Assembly: GCA_965199955.1 (NCBI GenBank)
Contig: CBDATQ010000001.1
Coordinates: forward strand, 1,120,001 to 1,184,000
Direction: 5' to 3'
DNA: 64,000 nt
Source of the DNA: Spirochaetia bacterium
GTDB lineage: Bacteria > Spirochaetota > Spirochaetia > SZUA-6 > Bin103
Positions 62,170-64,000 of the stretch are shown here, in pieces. The notes under the pieces were generated by a model that was not told where the DNA came from, ran no database searches, and saw nothing but the letters and a program-made list of their open reading frames with translations. The position numbers and the translations under genes are program-made. The number at the start of each line of letters is the position of its first letter. The first letter of the stretch is position 1.

Positions 62170-63080
62170 GGTGCGGCAGCGCCCTCCGCGAGCGGCGCCA
62201 GCGCCACGTTCGGGTCGGCGGCCCCGGAGTAGATCAACGCGACCACGATGAAACTGGCCGCGGCGATCGCGGCGGCGGCGGTGTTGCGCCTGGCCCGCAC
62301 CTCGTCGGACAGGGCGGCGCGCGGCAGGAAGACCCGGTCGGCGATCACCCGGCCGATCACCAGCAGGATCAGGCCGCAGATGGCGATCACGGCCGTGATC
62401 AGCACCTCGGTGCCCAGGTCGCTGCCGGCGCCGGCGACCGCCGTGCGTACGACCACGCCCTGCGCGACCAGGAAGCCGGCGAAGCTGATGCCGGCCGCGA
62501 CGTTCTTGTCGTCCTCGATCACGCCGTGCACGTCGTAGCTGGTGATCGCCTGGAACACCAGGCCATCCAGCACCAGCAACGCCTGCCCGACGAGCCAGTA
62601 GACGGCGATGTCGCGCACCAGCGCCAGGTAGTTGGCGCTCTGCCCCTCCATCACGCCGGAGATCATCAGGCCGGTGGCCACGGTCATGCCGCCGACCACG
62701 ACGCCGGTACCGGCGCTGCGCTCCTGCACCATCTCGTGCTCGGTCGAGAACGCGTGCAGCACCAGCCGGTCGTTGATGATGCCGCTCAGGCGCAGCAGGA
62801 GGATGGCGATGACGCCCACGACCACCAGGTTGACCAGGTCCGTGAGCATCTCTCCACCGGACCCGCGGGCGGCGGCCGCGATCACGAACCCCAGGCCCAG
62901 CAGGTAGCCGCCGAAGCTGAGGCCGATGGCGTCGTTGCCGTTGTCCGCGATCTCGTGGTCGATGTGGTAGCGGGTCGTCAGGTTGTAGAAGAGCTTGCCC
63001 ACGAACACCAGCAGCATGCCGACCGCGAAGTGGGGGATCTTCTCGACGACCAGCGTGAGCGTAGCCAGGATCGTCTGCAT
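62166..63080 (-). CDS. Tandem DUF350 membrane protein
   Basis: Repeated EI...N.A.G....G motifs (GNDAIG, KNVAAG, RNTAAA) with about 8 TMs. Confidence 0.85.
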   Translation of the reverse strand: MQTILATLTLVVEKIPHFAVGMLLVFVGKLFYNLTTRYHIDHEIADNGNDAIGLSFGGYLLGLGFVIAAAARGSGGEMLTDLVNLVVVGVIAILLLRLSGIINDRLVLHAFSTEHEMVQERSAGTGVVVGGMTVATGLMISGVMEGQSANYLALVRDIAVYWLVGQALLVLDGLVFQAITSYDVHGVIEDDKNVAAGISFAGFLVAQGVVVRTAVAGAGSDLGTEVLITAVIAICGLILLVIGRVIADRVFLPRAALSDEVRARRNTAAAAIAAASFIVVALIYSGAADPNVALAPLAEGAAAP

Positions 63081-63128
63081 AGCGACGTGTTTACGCTAAA
63101 CACGCCAGGACTTACAGTCAACCGGAGG

Positions 63129-64000
63129 ATGGCTGTGCCAATACGGCGGCGCCTGTACGAGGTGCTGGAGCGCGCGCGCGATGACGATCGGGTGAGCGCG
63201 GTGGTGGACATCGCCATCATCAGCGTGATCGGCGTCAACGTGCTGGCCATCGTCATCGAGACGCTGCCGTGGGTGACTCCGGGGCTGAAACGCGCCCTGT
63301 ACGTGCTGGAAGTCGTCTCGGTGCTTCTGTTCACGGTGGAATACCTCCTGCGGCTGTGGACCGCCCGCTACCGGCGTCCTGGGCAGGGGGGGCTGGCCGG
63401 AGCGTTGCGCTTCGCGGTCTCGCCGGCCGGGCTGATCGACCTGCTGGCGATCGTCCCGTTCTACCTGCCGTTGATCGGGGTCGACCTGCGCTTCGTGCGC
63501 TTGCTGCGCATCGCCCGCTTCCTGCGGCTGCTGAAGCTCGGCCGCTACCTGCGGTCCGTGTCGCTGTTCGGCAAGGTGCTGCGGGAGCGGCGCGACGAGC
63601 TGCTGATCACGGTCATGATGACCGCCCTGGTGCTGCTGGTGGCCTCCATCCTCATGTACTACATCGAGGGCGACGCGCAGTCGGACAAGTTCCCGAACAT
63701 CCTGTCGTCGCTGTGGTGGGCGGTCGTCACCCTGACCACCATCGGCTACGGCGACGTGGTTCCGGTCACCGGTTGGGGCCGGCTGCTGAGCGGCCTGGTG
63801 GCGGTCATGGGCATCGGCCTGGTGGCGGTGCCGACCGGGATCGTCAGCTCCGGCTTCATCGAGGAGCTTGCCAAGCGCCGCAAGGACGGCGGCGACGGGG
63901 AGGCCGAGTCCGGGGGTGGCTACTGCCCTCACTGCGGCGCGCCCCTGGAGAGCCGCGACGGGGCCTCCGGAACCGCCGAGAACCGCGGAGCAAGCCCTTA
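63129..64000 (+). CDS. Voltage-gated (6TM) potassium channel; not in the ORF track, runs to window edge
   Basis: SD GGAGG then ATG 63129; IDLLAI.PFY, S4 RFVRLLRIARFLRLLK, pore WWAVVTLTTIGYGD, C-terminal CPHCG. Confidence 0.93.
   Translation, partial: MAVPIRRRLYEVLERARDDDRVSAVVDIAIISVIGVNVLAIVIETLPWVTPGLKRALYVLEVVSVLLFTVEYLLRLWTARYRRPGQGGLAGALRFAVSPAGLIDLLAIVPFYLPLIGVDLRFVRLLRIARFLRLLKLGRYLRSVSLFGKVLRERRDELLITVMMTALVLLVASILMYYIEGDAQSDKFPNILSSLWWAVVTLTTIGYGDVVPVTGWGRLLSGLVAVMGIGLVAVPTGIVSSGFIEELAKRRKDGGDGEAESGGGYCPHCGAPLESRDGASGTAENRGASP

Noticed and set aside
63096..63932. 278-aa minus-strand ORF
   Set aside because: Shadow of the plus-strand K+ channel, which the ORF track missed because its stop is cut by the window edge

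Overview
High-GC bacterial chromosome segment, most likely a spirochaete: the 16S carries the GGCAGCAGCTAAGAAT variant typical of Spirochaetia, and cimA is Leptospira/Bacteroides-type. It holds one complete 16S-tRNA-Ala-23S-5S operon and mostly housekeeping or metabolic genes: M23-bactofilin-RicT, gnd/SDR/LarA-family, adk, ahcY, uppS, bacilliredoxin, system II cytochrome c biogenesis plus tatCBA, panBC-coaX-coaBC, cimA-argH-hflX, a two-component system around a PDZ protein, GH172, SMUG1-type UDG, mtaB, FKBP, an Ntn acylase, a glycosyltransferase-M20-like-gpgS operon, ferritin, sugar-acid enzymes, an m4C methyltransferase, a DUF350 module and a K+ channel. Best non-obvious signals: (1) two back-to-back candidate RNA leaders between panB and cimA, namely a pan-motif-like element and a leaderless Ile-codon leader peptide with an attenuator hairpin; (2) a Thermotoga-like gnd-uxuB-gntE mannonate epimerase route; (3) an M20 homologue lacking its EE motif, coupled to gpgS; (4) repeated deletion-fusion decay affecting a vapBC pair, a restriction enzyme, an ABC-DUF1854-ABC-HAD block and a membrane gene. 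No CRISPR array, transposase or prophage was seen. All family calls come from motif recognition, not database searches.
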